From NCBI GenBank assembly GCA_015264955.1, contig JABZYV010000001.1, positions 23,722 to 87,721 on the forward strand: DNA of 64,000 nucleotides. The letters run 5' to 3'. This stretch comes from Streptococcus sp. Lineage in GTDB: Bacteria; Bacillota; Bacilli; Lactobacillales; Aerococcaceae. This document shows, piece after piece, positions 63,173 to 64,000 of the stretch. Every line of letters starts with the position of its first letter. Position 1 is the stretch's first letter. Under the pieces are notes generated by a model. That model worked only from the letters and a program-made list of their open reading frames with translations. It was not told the origin of the DNA and ran no database searches. The translations under genes and the position numbers were made by a program.

Positions 63173-63722
63173 TGACAACCGCTCCTTTAGGGATATACAT
63201 TGGTTGTGTTTTATTGATGTGATCATAGAACATCACACCGTTTAAATGGTCGATTTCATGTTGAACAACGATGGCTTCGTAGTCTGTTAATGTACGTACG
63301 AATTCGTCTCCGTTCACATCTTGATATTTGACAGTCACGCGTTCGCAGCGAAGAACGATTCCAGGTACGTCACGTTCAACTGAAAGACAACCTTCACCTT
63401 CTTTAAGGCAAGCTTTCTTCACTGATTCACGCATAATACGAGGATTAATCCATACTTCGTTTAAGATTGGTTCTTCGTCTTCAAAACCTGGAACGAGAAG
63501 AGCAATCATTTGAATAGATTTCCCAAGTTGTGGTGCGGCAAGACCAACACCAGCGCGCAATTCATATTTTTCTGCGATTTCTGGATTTTGACTGTTATGT
63601 AAGAATTCTAGCATTTCTTTAGCTAGTTCTTGTTGTTCTTCAGTTAGTGGGAAAGTAAGCTTCTCAGCACGTTTTCTAAGTGCTGGATGTCCCTCTAACA
63701 CGATATCTTTCATTGTAATCAT
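63162..63722 (-). CDS. def: Peptide deformylase
   Basis: GVGLAAPQLG, EGCLS, HEIDHLNG metal-binding motifs. RBS AAAGGAG before the ATG at 63722. Confidence 0.9.
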   Translation of the reverse strand: MITMKDIVLEGHPALRKRAEKLTFPLTEEQQELAKEMLEFLHNSQNPEIAEKYELRAGVGLAAPQLGKSIQMIALLVPGFEDEEPILNEVWINPRIMRESVKKACLKEGEGCLSVERDVPGIVLRCERVTVKYQDVNGDEFVRTLTDYEAIVVQHEIDHLNGVMFYDHINKTQPMYIPKGAVVIGE

Positions 63723-63886
63723 GGTTAACTCCTTTATTGGTTCATAAATCTGTTTCTAAGTATACCATTTTTCGCCCTAGAAACCAATTAGGGCCTTTGT
63801 TTTTGTAATTTTTTCATAAGGAAAAAGAGAATACTATAAATGCCCTTAAACTTCTGTTACAATAGAAAAGAAATACGTGTAAAGGA

Positions 63887-64000
63887 ATGGATAAAATGCT
63901 TTTTTGGAAGAAAAAATCAAAACCACAAGAAACAACTGAATCTGTTTCAATTGATCGAGAAAATATCCCACAACATATCGCCGTGATTATGGATGGTAAT
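63887..64000 (+). CDS. uppS: Undecaprenyl-diphosphate synthase (5' partial, runs off window)
   Basis: PQHIAVIMDGN matches the UppS N-terminal catalytic motif. TGtTACAAT extended -10 at 63854-63862. Confidence 0.6.
   Translation, partial: MDKMLFWKKKSKPQETTESVSIDRENIPQHIAVIMDGN

Overview
This is a 64 kb chromosomal window from a low-GC Gram-positive genome (class Bacilli, about 37-38% GC). It is almost entirely core housekeeping genes in short operons with clear Shine-Dalgarno sites and rho-independent terminators. Several gene blocks keep Bacillus-type synteny: T-box-leuS, nifZ-thiI, nfo-zur, rpsU-yqeY-phoH-pgpH(yqfF)-ybeY-dgkA-era-recO-[T-box]-glyQS, obg, rnz, recJ-apt, rpsD, tgt-yajC-comN, adhE, mntR, ytoI-nrnA, rny, recU-ponA, tig-clpX, engB, dnaG-sigA, ykzG-rnjA, def and the start of uppS. 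Genes with an accessory character are scattered between these blocks. They include an SH3b cell-wall amidase, an OatA-like peptidoglycan O-acetyltransferase, a class II HMG-CoA reductase, an acidic hypothetical paired with an acyl-ACP thioesterase, a GNAT acetyltransferase and a HesB-like protein. They also include a 1315-aa cysteine-free LPNTG adhesin with Cna-B domains, an Atg22-like MFS transporter, and a Fur-box-controlled siderophore-type ABC importer in yclNOPQ order. I found no CRISPR array, transposase, integrase, phage block, rRNA or convincing tRNA. The most unusual local features are five. Two T-box leaders are present (Leu and Gly), and the Gly one also controls an 80-aa ORF sitting between the antiterminator and glyQ. 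Two tandem DHH/DHHA1 (NrnA-like) paralogs follow a CBS/DRTGG regulator, and a PgpH-type c-di-AMP phosphodiesterase is elsewhere in the window. A Zur-like Fur-family regulator carries a His/Cys-rich N-terminal tail and is translationally coupled to nfo. The giant adhesin has no adjacent sortase. The adhE leader carries candidate Rex and cre operators. I saw no evidence of a wholly novel multi-gene system such as defence, secretion or biosynthesis. All calls rest on reading the sequence and the ORF translations, with no database search.
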